This document shows, piece after piece, positions 12,430 through 24,049 of a DNA stretch of 64,000 bases. The stretch lies in NCBI RefSeq assembly GCF_000143415.4, contig NW_003314276.1, positions 2,355,072-2,419,071 on the forward strand. The letters are read 5' to 3'. Under the pieces are notes generated by a model, which saw only the letters and a program-made list of their open reading frames with translations, was not told where the DNA came from and did no database searches. Every line of letters starts with the position of its first letter. Positions within the stretch are counted from its first letter, which is position 1. The stretch is from Selaginella moellendorffii (Eukaryota > Plantae > Lycopodiophyta). The translations under genes and the position numbers were made by a program.

Positions 12430-14090
12430 CAATCACATTAAACACCTTTATAAATCTTTTAACTAACATAGTTTATTAGGTTTTGAATCTATAGTTTGTA
12501 TTTAATATATATTATAAATATATATTTTTTGTAATTCTTTTCTTAGTTTTACCTGGGTCTGGGTAGTAGTGTTAGTGTTTTTAATATTTTATTATTCTAT
12601 ATTCTAAGTAAAGCACATAGCAAAGTAATTCTTTGCTAAATGAATTAATTTAGATGTTTGTGTTTAAGGGTACATACAATTTTTTATTTCCAGGCTAGAC
12701 ATTAGATTTTTAATAGTGCTACTTTTTCATTGAGCAATCCTCTGTGGGGTCTAATGTTCTTAAAATCTTAGTTATATATTTATTCATATTCCAAGTAAAC
12801 ACATAATAATTAAATAATGCTTCCCTAAAATAATTATAATTAATCTTAGTAATTCTTCTTTACTTTTGTTTGAATCTAGTAATATATTAGTTTTCTTACC
12901 ATTTTAGGATTTTAAATTTTTTTGTATTCCAAGTAAAAACATACTTTACATATAACAGCTAATTAAGAAAATTCTCTGTGAGGAATTCTTCATTTCCTTT
13001 TTTTGTCTGGGAGTGTACTAAATACATTTATATTCTAATAACTATTAAAATTTTATTCTTGGAAATTTTTTTTAACTTTTCTCTAGGTTGGGTATTAAGT
13101 TTTATAAATTTTAGTATTCTAAATATATTTATATTCCCAAGTAGTACATTGCATATATTATCTTTATCAATAATATTTTTTACTAATTCTTATTTTCTCA
13201 CTTTGGGAATATATTAGTATTCTAAACATATGGTCTATATTGTGTAGTTTTTTTTTGGTGTTTATATATATATAGGGTGCATTGGGCAAGTACTAGTCTA
13301 TCATCTATCACAATAAGGAGTTGTTAAACTTTCTGGGCTGCTAGATCTGGCCAATCTTAGCCATCCGATAGGGGGGGGGGGGGGGGGGGGTTAATTGCAA
13401 AGGGGTTATTTCTTTAACCTCACCCCAGTGAATAATTGATAATTGGGCTGATGTTTACTCCCGGCCAATGGGAGGCAGCCAAATTGCATAGGGTGAGAGA
13501 GGAAGGTGTGGCAACATATGTCATATGCAAATGTGTTGACTATAACTGTGGTTTGTCAAGCAAATTGGTTTTGTTTTATAATGTTTTTCTAGGGTTTATG
13601 AAATGGTGAGAGAGCCCCTTGCTGCTGCTGCTGATTTGTGATCCAAATCTGAGGCACTGTGTCAATGCAATTGGAATAAACCATGTCCTGGTAGTATCAA
13701 GATTTAATCTATTTGTCCAAGCCTTCTTCTAGCATTTTTTTAGTTCCAAGTCTGCTTTGGTAGTGGTAGAGCTAAAAAATGAAGGGTCAAATGCTTATAA
13801 ACAAATCTACATGGCAAGACAATAGTAATTGAGCAAAGAATCACTGCTGGAAGCAACACTATTGTCTTGAAAAATCACCAAGGATTGTTTTCTATCGTGC
13901 AAGGGATTTACTTCTTTTATATTGTGTATTCCAAGTGAAAAACTTTCTTCAAACAAACAAGATTTGTGTGATGTGATTGACCATCTTAGTGTAAGCTAAG
14001 ATTGTATTTTTAAAATTTTCTACTTTCCTACTGTCACCTTTTTTTTTGTAGATTGACGCAGAAAACCCGTGTGTGATTATGTCTCAACAT
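12430..14090 (+). mobile_element. Head-to-tail junction of two non-autonomous Helitron pieces
   Basis: A 3' end GGGCAAGTACTAG (CTAG 13293-13296) is followed directly by a 5'-type start TCTATCATCTATCACAATAAGGAG (13297). Both flanks are homologous to 5180-7060. Confidence 0.55.
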
Positions 14091-14659
14091 GAGTCAAGAT
14101 TTTCTGAGTGCTGGTCAAGGTAACAATAGACATCCAACAAATAAAAGACCAAATTGCTCACTATTTGCATCTCAATGTTTTCTTCAGCTAGAAGTATAAG
14201 TTGCTTGAGTTCTCTTACAAATGCTTGGATGTCTTCGAGTTTCTTGTATGTCTCATAAATTACAGCCCAAGCCAATCTCTTTCACAAGGTGCAAACTTCT
14301 TCAGCAAGTTCATCCACTTGTTTTGCATGGTGAAATTTCTCTTCTATCTTCACCAGATCCCGTTTGAGCACTTCAGAAGATTTTCTGTCCTCTTGAAGGC
14401 AATCACAACACACTTGAATAGTCTTCTTGTTCATATCCAGCATTTTCAAGACTTTTTCCAAAAGTGAGGTTTTTGCATTGGAGCAATTACTTGCATAGAC
14501 ATTATTTTAAATGTAATAATGATAATCAAAATGGTGTTTGCTAACTGGGGCAGCATATGCTAGGCAATGTAAGTTAATATATTCATAATACAAAATTGCT
14601 TCAACTAGTTTCACTGTTCTAAATAGTCTGATATGTTTTTTTTCCTTAAAATTTTTATC

Positions 14660-15610
14660 CAATGCAGGATCTATGACCGAGCTTACATCAAGTTCCGTGG
14701 CCAAAACTGCCCAAACTTCCCCTACTAGATGTGATATCCCATGTATGATCATATTAACGTTTCCACCAAAGTTTTTGGAGAGATCTAACAGCTCTATTTT
14801 CTCGGCAGTGGATCAATCTGTCTGACAAAGTATTCATCAACATGAGTTGCAGCGAGTCATTGCTCTGGTTTACACCCAAACTTCTTGAAGGTGACGCTGG
14901 CGCTCCATGCATGAGGCAGACTTGGCCTCGAGCATCAAACTATCGCCGAGTCTAGTCAAGAAGTCTCTTGGGCACCTTCCATAAGGTAATTTATCCCTGG
15001 ATGTGAAATACAGCGAAGGCAACAATATAGTCCAGAGCCAACACTCAAGCTTTCTAGTTTTTATCTGTAGGCTGGACTCTCATACGATTCGACTGGATGA
15101 GTCTTTCATTATATGTTTCAAGAGATGAACTTTGATATTTCACTTAAAATTGCTTGGATTGTTTTTGTTTTGCATTTCCAGGGTCATATAAGACACAAGA
15201 GGAGGCAGCATTGCCAAAGAATCTAATAACTGCTCGGTCATGGTCATATGGAAACAATGTGTTAGATTCATAGTAATAAGCGAGTGAGGTTTGCAACTTC
15301 GCATATGAAGACTACACTATGAGATGCCTCAGGTGATTTGTTTGCATGTCCTGATTGAGATTCTAAGACGATATTACAGTGGATCACTTTGAGCAAGGAA
15401 GATTTTATTTCCTGCATATGGAAATCTGCGCAGTCAAGCAAGAAAAGGAAGTTCAAAGTACATACAGCTCCAAGAGCTGCATACGATAGGAAGGTGAAGG
15501 AGAGGAGGATTGATGATTGTGTGGTAAACGAAGCAATGCCACATTGCATAGGATCGGTGACTGTGTGGTAAATGAAGGGCTGCAACACGATGTAGATGTT
15601 GGGCTTGAGG
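14660..15610 (+). pseudogene. AP2 pseudogene copy 1 (exons 3-8 of the 49092-51078 gene)
   Basis: GATCTATGACCGAGCTTACATCAAGTTCCGTG and later exon and intron blocks are colinear with the intact AP2 gene. Stops and deletions present. Confidence 0.85.
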
Positions 15611-15933
15611 AAGCACCAAGAATATAAGAGGAATGAACGCTGTGGGTGCAATGGACAATTCGAATTTCGACAAAGACACTTAGACTGCCAGACTCTCATA
15701 TGTCATTGTCCATGAATAAATCCAGTCACAAGAGACATTGTTTCCTGGGATGCTTTACGCCAAGAATACTTCAACGCTTGCATGGCATTTTGCAGCGCAT
15801 GTATCCTCTTCTCATGCAGATTTCGAACTAAATCTTGTAACTTTTAGATGGTTACAGGAAATGGGGCATGCAAGAGGTTCTCCAGCCCGAGCCAAGCCAA
15901 TAACAAAGAAGAATCGGGGCATTCTCTGGGTGA

Positions 15934-18460
15934 ATGAAGCGATCTTCCATCGGAGCTATGCATATATCGCCATCCACGAACCACGGTTTCGATCTGGAAT
16001 GGGCATAGAGGGAATCTCGAGCCAAGAGAGCTGCCCAATTGCATCCGACTGCGCTCCTCTTCTCCGCCAGTGCTCCAAGCAATGATCCCTCTACTGGGGA
16101 AGGCGGCTCCACGCCGCCACCGCCTCGATCGCCCCACGCTCCTCTGCAATCTTCTCGTCCGAATATATGGCCGCTGCGGCTGTCTCGACGAGGCCAGATC
16201 CAAGGCCCCGGCTTCTCGTGGACGCAGCGTATGCTCATAATGGGCATCCCAACTCTCGCGCTTGCGGTGTACCGGGAGATGCTCCACAGATCCATCGACC
16301 ACGTACATGAGCGCTTGCTCGGCGCTAGGGGTTCTAGAGACCGGCAAATCCATTCACACGCGAATCCTCTCTAGCAAGCTCAAGATCGGCGCTTTCCTGG
16401 GCATAGCATTGATCAGCATGTAGTCCATTGCGTTCTTATCGTCTTGGAACTCGATGATTCGCAAGGATGGGCCGGATCTCGCTCATCGATGTCTACGGCA
16501 AGTGCGTGGACGTGGATTGAGCAAGGGCGGTGTTTGATTCCATCGCGATCAAGAATGTTCTCTCCTGGAACGCCGTGCCGATCACATGGATTTAGAATGA
16601 ACTGCTGAAAGAATCAGAATATCCAAAAGAATCAGAATCTACTCAAAGATTCGTGCATGCGTGTCATAAAATGCACTCACAATGCCTGTGTCGAGAATGG
16701 TAAGTATTTATGCCTCTTTTCCAGGATGATGAAAGTAGTGGAGAGAACACAAGGAGGAACAACTCTATATCTCAATTATGATGTAGAAACTACTACTATA
16801 CATGCCACATCATCTTTACCTTTAACACTAAAATCAAGCAATTGACCCAAGCTTGAATTTAAGCATGAATCATGCCTAAATAGTCTAAGATGATGGGCTT
16901 GGAGAGCTGATGAAAAAAGTATATGAAAAACTTATCAATCAACTACCCAAAACTTAGTTTTTGGTTTTAATCTTGCTTGCACACACTTTTGCTCATTATT
17001 ATGGCTTTTATCTTGCCACTAGCATGTGGTCTTAGTTGTGAATTAACAACCTTTCACATCTACTGTTATTAAGCACTTAAGCATCCTTCTCAATTGCTAC
17101 AAATTTTTGCAAAGAATTGCTATATAATATTCTTGACTTTTGAACAAATCCTGAAGTGGGTTGTTAAAATCTTTCAATCTCCCACTAGCTTGATTATTTG
17201 TTTACTATTATTTGTTACTCAACACCTTTGCACAGTCTGGTGCCTTAATGCAACACCTCAAGTATCTAGTGCATCTAATAAAAACTTAAAGCATTGCAAA
17301 AAGGATTGCAATCAGGAGGCTCATTTGCCACTTGGTCAGAAAATGCCATGCCCAAGATCAAGGAATTAATTGGTTTGATACCATGAAAACAGTGGAAAGA
17401 TGATCACACAAGTAGGAAAAAGTTGTGCATCTCAATTATATATAGATGGGTACATATACATAAAAACTATTGCCACATAGGCATAACTATATATGCCACA
17501 TCATCTCTACAATCCGTCATAAGTCCTTGAGGCATTTTCTTTGCTGGGCAACCTTGCAAAGCCATCCGGGTGGATGCTACCATGGTGACCAATGTGCTCA
17601 TCACTATGTGGCAGCCTGTTTGATGCTAGAAGAGGTTCTCGACTCAAGCTCATCGAGAGATGTAGTGTCGTGGAATGCAATGATTGCAGCATCACTGCTG
17701 CTCGACTCAGTGTTACACTGGCTACTCTAGATTTTGGAGTTGTCCAAACAAATTAGCAGTATGGATGCATGATTGATCTCCTAGAACATGAGATCTCGTC
17801 ACCATCAAGACTTTTGTTACTCTCTCATAAGCTCATCTTCGAATCAAATCATACCACCCAAACATTTTCATGGCTGTATAGCATCCTTGGCATCCCACTG
17901 GCTTTGTGCTAGGGCAAGTGGAAATTAGAGCATTTGCAGCAGGGTTTAAAGCTCGAGATAGCCGAAATTTTGTTATTGGGAATTCATGGTTTGTTGCGGT
18001 GATGATTCATGGATTCTGATCTGAATAACTCGTTGGAGAAAATTATTGTGCTTCTGCTGTATGCGTATAGACAGTACCATCACCAGCACGGGCATAGCAA
18101 GCAAGCCTTCTGACTCTTTAGTTCCATGGTGCTGGATGGCATTGCCACTGATGCTGTGACACTAGCCTCAGCGTGCAGCAGCCACTCAGCAGCGTGAAGC
18201 TTGGGTGCAATTACTTTGTGTTGTGCAACTTTGGTGAGCGGCCAACTTTAAAGCACTATATGGATCTCAGATATTCTCAGCCGAGTTGGGAGGCTTGAGG
18301 AGGCCAAGGATATGCTGAGAAGTATGCCGTTCCAGGTGGACTCGGTGTCATGGAGGACGCTGCACTGCTGATTGCATCCTGGAGCCCAGTTCCATTGGTT
18401 TGCTCTGCTGCCGGGATGAGTGATAAAGCTAAGAAGTTGAGGTACGAGCACAAGAACAAA
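15934..18460 (+). pseudogene. PPR-A pseudogene fragments (15934-16730, ~17620-17710, ~18060-18460) with an inverted PPR-B piece at ~17720-17810
   Basis: Colinear, deletion-riddled match to 20863-23643, including the start ATGAAGCGATCTT and the E-domain TATGCCGTTCCAG. Confidence 0.85.
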
Positions 18461-19099
18461 CTTTTTTATCTTGTAGTTGGCTTCAAAAACGAGTTACGGA
18501 ACTAAATGATGGTGACGAGAGCTGGTTTGTGGGCGAACTGATCTTGTATCTTCTCTGTAAAACGTTTTCATGTCCGAAAATATATCCTGTTTCGAGAAAG
18601 CATGGTGTTCCAGGACATAGATAAGAACCCCTCCTGATGCCCAACCCATATCCAGAGGAAAGAAAATCAAAAAGGCAAAATAATCCTAAAAGTGGGAGAA
18701 TATTCTCTGGGATCTTTCAGAAATGGCTGTACTCCGGGTTTTGAAGAGTGCCAGAATCCTTTGCCTTGCACTTGCCCAAATCCACTGGAGAGGAAAAATG
18801 TTTGGGTCCAATGTACGTCAATTTTCCTGTATTGGCTCTACCTTTACTTTTAATTTTACCTTTCCCATTAGATATGACCCTGCCCATATGCTCTGTGGGT
18901 ATAGAATATCTTCATAATCATATATCCCTTTTGCCTCGAATGGGCTTAAAGGAATGACTAAGTTAAGTTTAGTCAGTTTATTTTAACATGGATGATTTTG
19001 GGACATGGTGGAAGTGGAGCAGTGGTGCAGAGGGTTTGAGGGTGGCTTGATTTGCTTTGTATCAGTGTGGTAATTCTTCTTTAGATTCTAATATTAGAG

Positions 19100-20200
19100 G
19101 ATAGAGTTTGAGAATCTGCAAGTTTGTTGCTATGGATTTTACAGAGCAAGCTGTTAATCAATCATTTATGGAGGCTTGGACAATAGATAAGGTAGTACTA
19201 GAATTCTTCAACAACAATATCCAAACCCCTAAGGTTGACATGCCTTTGGCAGACATGTATAAGTGCATTAAGAAGATGGGAGAATTCTTGAGGTGGCTAG
19301 AGTTGTATCACAAATCAAGCTTAGATTCCTGAGTATGTGGCATTGATATCCCTGCAAATGAGGCACTCAGCTAGTTACAAAAGACCTTGAAATTGATCTA
19401 GGTTCAAGAATTGTTAAATGAGGATATTGATCCTTGTCGAGGTGGTGTTTAAAGGCTGGGCTACACATTTGTGGACTTGCCTTTTGAACTAACACACCAC
19501 TATTGGCAAGGGACCTTTAGCGTCACTAAATGAATTTGAGTTTAAGCAGGAATTTGATCCTTGCTATGATGCTTCTTATGCATAATGTGAACTTCACTAC
19601 TTGAAACAAGACAATTTAAGCCTAGAAAAGTATATTGAGAAATTTGGGATGTTATTGAGTCATGTGCCCAATGATTATACTAAGGGTTTGAGAAGTTTGG
19701 AATGTTATGAATCATGTACCCAATAATTATACTGAGGAGTTCAGAAAAATCACTTTGTGGACAACTTGCACAACAATGGGATGTGAGATCATTTGAAAAC
19801 TTAACAAAGTTTTTAGAAGTGTTTTTTGAACAAGCTTAGAACATAGTGGATAAGGGTGATACACATCCTTAGGACAAGGGTGCCAAACATGGGAGGAGCC
19901 CCTCCTGAGACAAGACTAGTGGCGGCAGTAGGAGGTAATTTCATTTGAAGTTTTGTGTGGAGAATGGTGGTGGCAATGGTGGTCAAGGCAATGAAAAGAA
20001 GCTTTGGATTACCAAGAAAATGCACAACTACTAGAGTTTGCCTCAGTTTGGTACCGCTCTTGCACAATAGTAGTGAGCACGAGATAGATGATTGACCACC
20101 AGCAGCCAACAACACATGGATGGGCGACCACACCCGCACACATCACTGGTCACGAGAAGTGTGGTGAGGAAGGTCATTGGAAGGTAGATTGTCCTAGAAT
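19100..20200 (+). mobile_element. Ty3/Gypsy gag remnant
   Basis: LKQDNLSLEKYIEKF (retrotransposon gag-like) at ~19600 and the knuckle remnant CGEEGHWKVDCP at ~20160-20195. Many stops. Confidence 0.7.
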
Positions 20201-20234
20201 AAGCCTTCAATTCTAACATTGTGGTTTTCATCTT

Positions 20235-20721
20235 TGGTGCAGGCTGGACTCTCGTACAGTTTCACTGGGCGAGTGGTTCATTATTTATTCCAAGAGCTGA
20301 ACTTTGATATTTCATTTTTCTTTGTTTTATTTTTGTTTTGCATTTCATTTGGGGTGATATATGACAGAAGACATTGTTTCGACAGCAGCTATGATCGAGT
20401 GGTGATCAGATTCTTCAGAAGGCTAAAGCACTCAACTTTGCATGTGAAGACTACACCGATGAGATGCCACCGGTTATTTTGTTTACATGTCCTGATCGAG
20501 AAACTAAGACGATTTTACAGTGGACCACTTTGATCAAGGAAGAGTTTATTTCGTACATACGGAATTCTGCACAGTCGAGCAAGAAAAGGAAGTTCGAGGT
20601 ACATACAGCTCGAAAAGCTGTATACGATAAAAAGGTGAAGAAGTGGAGGATTACTGATTGTGTGGTAAACGAAGCAATGCCACACTATATCGGTGAAGAC
20701 GCTGTGCAATGGACGAGTTGA
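20235..20721 (+). pseudogene. AP2 pseudogene copy 2 (exons 5-8)
   Basis: Matches 50540-51050 (YDRVVIRFF..., QWTTLIKEEFISYIRNSAQSSKKRKF). The 5' part is missing and the gag remnant sits in its place. Confidence 0.85.
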
Positions 20722-20862
20722 ATTTGGACACACTAGCTCCCATTTTCCTGGACCAGCTTTTCGATGGCTACAGGAAATGGTGCTTGCAAGAGCCCGAGCC
20801 AAGCCAATAAGGAAGAAAGAGTTCCACCAAAAAAATTAAAATAGAGGGCATTCTCTGTGTGA

Positions 20863-23643
20863 ATGAAGCGATCTTTCATCCGAGCTATGCACTTCTCGGC
20901 ATCATCCTCGAACCATGTTTTTGATCTGGAGAGAGCAGTGGAGCGAATCTCGAGCCAAGAGAGCTGCCCAATTGTGTCCGACTACGCCCCTCTCCTCCGC
21001 CAGTGCTCCAAGCAAAGATCCCTCCACTCGGGAAGGCGGCTCCACGCGCAAATCCTCCGCCACCGCCTGGATCGCCACACTCTCCTCTGCAATCTTCTCG
21101 TCCAGATGTATGGCCGCTGCGGCTGTCTCGATGAGGCCAGATCCATCTTCGACAAGACCCCGGAGAGGAACCTCTTCTCGTGGAGCATCATGATCGCAGC
21201 ATATGCCCAGAACGGGCATCCTACTTTTGCGCTTGCGGTGTACCGAGAGATGCTCCAGCGATCCATCCACGCAATCGACAGCACCACGTACGTGAGCGCG
21301 CTCAGCGCTTGCTCGGCGCTGGGCGATCTAGAAACGGGTAAATCCATCCACGAACGAATCCTCTCCAGCAAGCTTGAGATCGACGCTTTTCTGGGCACAG
21401 CACTGATCAGCATGTACTCCAAGTGTGGATGCCTGGAAGAAGCTCACGAGTGCTTTGATTGCGTTCTTCGCAAGGATATCGTCGTGTGGAACGCGATGAT
21501 TGCGGCATTTGCCCAGAATGGGCATCCACAGCGCGCGCTAAACTTCTTCCATGCGATCCCGCGGGGTGAGCTCCAGCCCAACAATCTCACGCTGGTAAGC
21601 GCGCTGGACGCGTGCTCGGATCTGGCCGCGCTGGAGGAGGGAAGGAAGATCCACGCGCTGATCGAATCGTCGCCGGAGCTGACGCTGGGTGGGAGCATGG
21701 GGAATGCGCTCGTCAATCTCTACGGCAAATGCGGGAGGGCGATCGATGCGAGGGCCGTGTTTGATGCGCTCCGCCCGAGAACTGTGGTGTCGTGGACATC
21801 CATGATCGCGGCCTACGCGCAAAACGGGCACAGCGATCAAGCGCTGGAGCTGTTCCAGCGGATGGACATGGCGCCCAATGGCGTGACGCTCTTGAGCGTG
21901 CTCCAGGCCTGCGTGGGAAGGCTCGATCGGCTGCGCGAGATCCATGCCACTGCGGAGTCGCGAGGATTGGCCAGGGATCTCTCGGTGGCAAACACGCTCA
22001 TCGATGTCTACGGCAAGTGCGAGGACGTGGATGGAGCGAGGGCGGTGTTTGATTCCATCCCGATCAAGAACGTTGTCTCCTGGAACGCGATGATCGCAGC
22101 CTACGCGCACAATTGGCATACCAATCCCGCAGTAGAGCTGTTCCATCGCATGGATTTGGAAGGAGCAATGCCCAACGCGATTACCTTCGTCACTGTTCTA
22201 GGCGCATGCCCGCCTTCTTCTTCTTCCACGCATATATGGAATCGGAGTCAGAATATCCCAGAGAATCAGACTCTGGATCTGAATATTCAAGGAAATCAGA
22301 ATATGCAAAAGATTCGTGGGTTTTCCCTCGCGCTGGGCGCCCAGATCCACGAGAGGATCGTCGCGTCCGGGCTCCAATCCGATGTGATCGTCGCGACTGC
22401 GGTGCTGACCATGTATGGGCGATGCCAGCGGCTGGATGTGGCGGGGCGCGTCTTCCTGGAGATCGGCGGCGCCAAGAACGCCGTGTCGTGGAACGCGCTC
22501 ATCAACGCCTGCGTCGAGAATGGCGAGTGCGATGCGGCCTTGCGGCTGTTTTTCAGGATGATGAGCGAGCACTCCGTCCAGCCTAATGGCCTCACCTTCG
22601 TGGCGGCGCTCGAGGCGTCTTCGGCGCTGGGCGATCTGGCCACCGGCAAAGCTATCCACGAGAGAATCGTCGATCTGGCGATGGACGCCGAGACCGTGGT
22701 GACCAACGCGCTCATAACGATGTATGGAAGATGCGGCAGCCTGAGCGACGCTAGAAAGGTTCTCGAGTCAAGCTCGTCGAGAGATGTAGTGTCGTGGAAT
22801 GCGATGATCGCAGCATATGCCCAGAATGGGCATCACAAGGAGGTACTAGATCTATACTGGGCAATGCTGCTCGAAGGATACAGGCCCGTGGAGGCCACTT
22901 TTCTTCCACTCCTCGACGCCTGCTGCTGCCTCCGAGATGTCGAGTCCGAGCACCGCAAAGGCTCTCACGCAGGGAAAACGATCCACGCTCACATACGGCT
23001 CGCTGGCTTCGATGGCTCCCCGCTGCTCGACTCGGCGCTCGTCAACATGTATGGCAAGGTCGGAAACCTCGACTCCGCCATGGTGGTGTTTACACAAATG
23101 CGGGAGCGAGACGCCATCACTTGGACTGCTATGATCTCCTCGTACGCCCAGCATGGGCATAGCAGGCAAGCACTCTCACTCTTTAGTTCCATGCTGCTGG
23201 ACGGCATCGCCACCGATGCTGTGACGCTCGCCTGTGTAAGTTCGGCGTGCAGCCACTCGGGAGACGTGAAGCTCGGGTGGGACTACTTCGTGTCGAGTGT
23301 GCGCGACTTTGGCGAGCGGCCAACTTTCGAGCACTATGTGGTGATGTCGGATATGCTCAGCCGAGCTGGGAGGCTCCAGGAGGCCGAGGATTTGCTGAGA
23401 AGTATGCCGTTCCAGCCGGACTTGGTGTCGTGGAGGACGCTGCTCAGTGCGTGCTCGAATCACAACAATCCCCACGTTGGAAAACGAGTCGCCGATCGTA
23501 TCCTAGAGCTGAGTCCCAGCGATCCTGCAGCATTGGTTTTGCTGTCCAACATATACTCGGCCGCAGGGATGAGTGATGAGGCCGAGAAGTTGAGGCGAGA
23601 ACACAAGATCGGGGTTTGGAATTCGATTTGTCAATTTCATTAA
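20863..23643 (+). CDS. PLS-class (E-type, no DYW) pentatricopeptide repeat protein PPR-A, probable organellar RNA-editing factor
   Basis: Intronless 926-aa ORF with repeated P-L-S triplets (MYGRCG, VVSWNAMIAAYAQNGH) and an E domain (MPFQPDLVSWRTLLSAC...LLSNIYSAAG). The R/S-rich N-terminus looks like a transit peptide. Confidence 0.95.
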   Translation: MKRSFIRAMHFSASSSNHVFDLERAVERISSQESCPIVSDYAPLLRQCSKQRSLHSGRRLHAQILRHRLDRHTLLCNLLVQMYGRCGCLDEARSIFDKTPERNLFSWSIMIAAYAQNGHPTFALAVYREMLQRSIHAIDSTTYVSALSACSALGDLETGKSIHERILSSKLEIDAFLGTALISMYSKCGCLEEAHECFDCVLRKDIVVWNAMIAAFAQNGHPQRALNFFHAIPRGELQPNNLTLVSALDACSDLAALEEGRKIHALIESSPELTLGGSMGNALVNLYGKCGRAIDARAVFDALRPRTVVSWTSMIAAYAQNGHSDQALELFQRMDMAPNGVTLLSVLQACVGRLDRLREIHATAESRGLARDLSVANTLIDVYGKCEDVDGARAVFDSIPIKNVVSWNAMIAAYAHNWHTNPAVELFHRMDLEGAMPNAITFVTVLGACPPSSSSTHIWNRSQNIPENQTLDLNIQGNQNMQKIRGFSLALGAQIHERIVASGLQSDVIVATAVLTMYGRCQRLDVAGRVFLEIGGAKNAVSWNALINACVENGECDAALRLFFRMMSEHSVQPNGLTFVAALEASSALGDLATGKAIHERIVDLAMDAETVVTNALITMYGRCGSLSDARKVLESSSSRDVVSWNAMIAAYAQNGHHKEVLDLYWAMLLEGYRPVEATFLPLLDACCCLRDVESEHRKGSHAGKTIHAHIRLAGFDGSPLLDSALVNMYGKVGNLDSAMVVFTQMRERDAITWTAMISSYAQHGHSRQALSLFSSMLLDGIATDAVTLACVSSACSHSGDVKLGWDYFVSSVRDFGERPTFEHYVVMSDMLSRAGRLQEAEDLLRSMPFQPDLVSWRTLLSACSNHNNPHVGKRVADRILELSPSDPAALVLLSNIYSAAGMSDEAEKLRREHKIGVWNSICQFH

Positions 23644-23845
23644 AAGCGCGTTTGCGGAGCAGGGAATGAAGACTCCCCTGCGATCGTAAGGAGTAAACAC
23701 GAGCTTCGTGATCATGTCGCTTGGCTTCGAAAACAGATCGAGAATAATGGTGATGAGATCTCACGTCCCAGGAGATCGATCATTATCCATACTGCTGGTT
23801 TGTGGGGACAAATTCGAAATCCAGAGTAGCCAGCGGTCTACACTT
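23644..23845 (-). pseudogene. 3' remnant of PPR-B
   Basis: Matches 52720-53010 (FVPTNQQYG, IDLLGR, HEARV), with deletions. Confidence 0.8.
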
Positions 23846-24049
23846 GAAGTGTTCAGCACAGAAACAATTTGTCAGGAGGGAGCCCCAGCTGTTGGAGCTT
23901 CTTGGAGCAAGCACCAAATGAACCGATGCCCATTTCGCTGTGTCATCCTTAGACGTTTTCATGTGCCCACACATTGTGCCAACTGTGACTATCCCACAGG
24001 TGTTTGCATAGACTTTCAAATGTGGCATTGGTAAATTATCTCCAAAGGT

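Noticed and set aside
13372-13390. G19 homopolymer / potential G-quadruplex
   Set aside because: An isolated run inside a transposon, with unreliable length and no supporting context.
20902-23576. Many antisense and alternate-frame ORFs over PPR-A
   Set aside because: Expected shadows of a GC-rich coding sequence.
23440-23643. DYW deaminase domain in PPR-A or PPR-B
   Set aside because: Both ORFs stop after the E region, with no HxE/CxxC/DYW motif.
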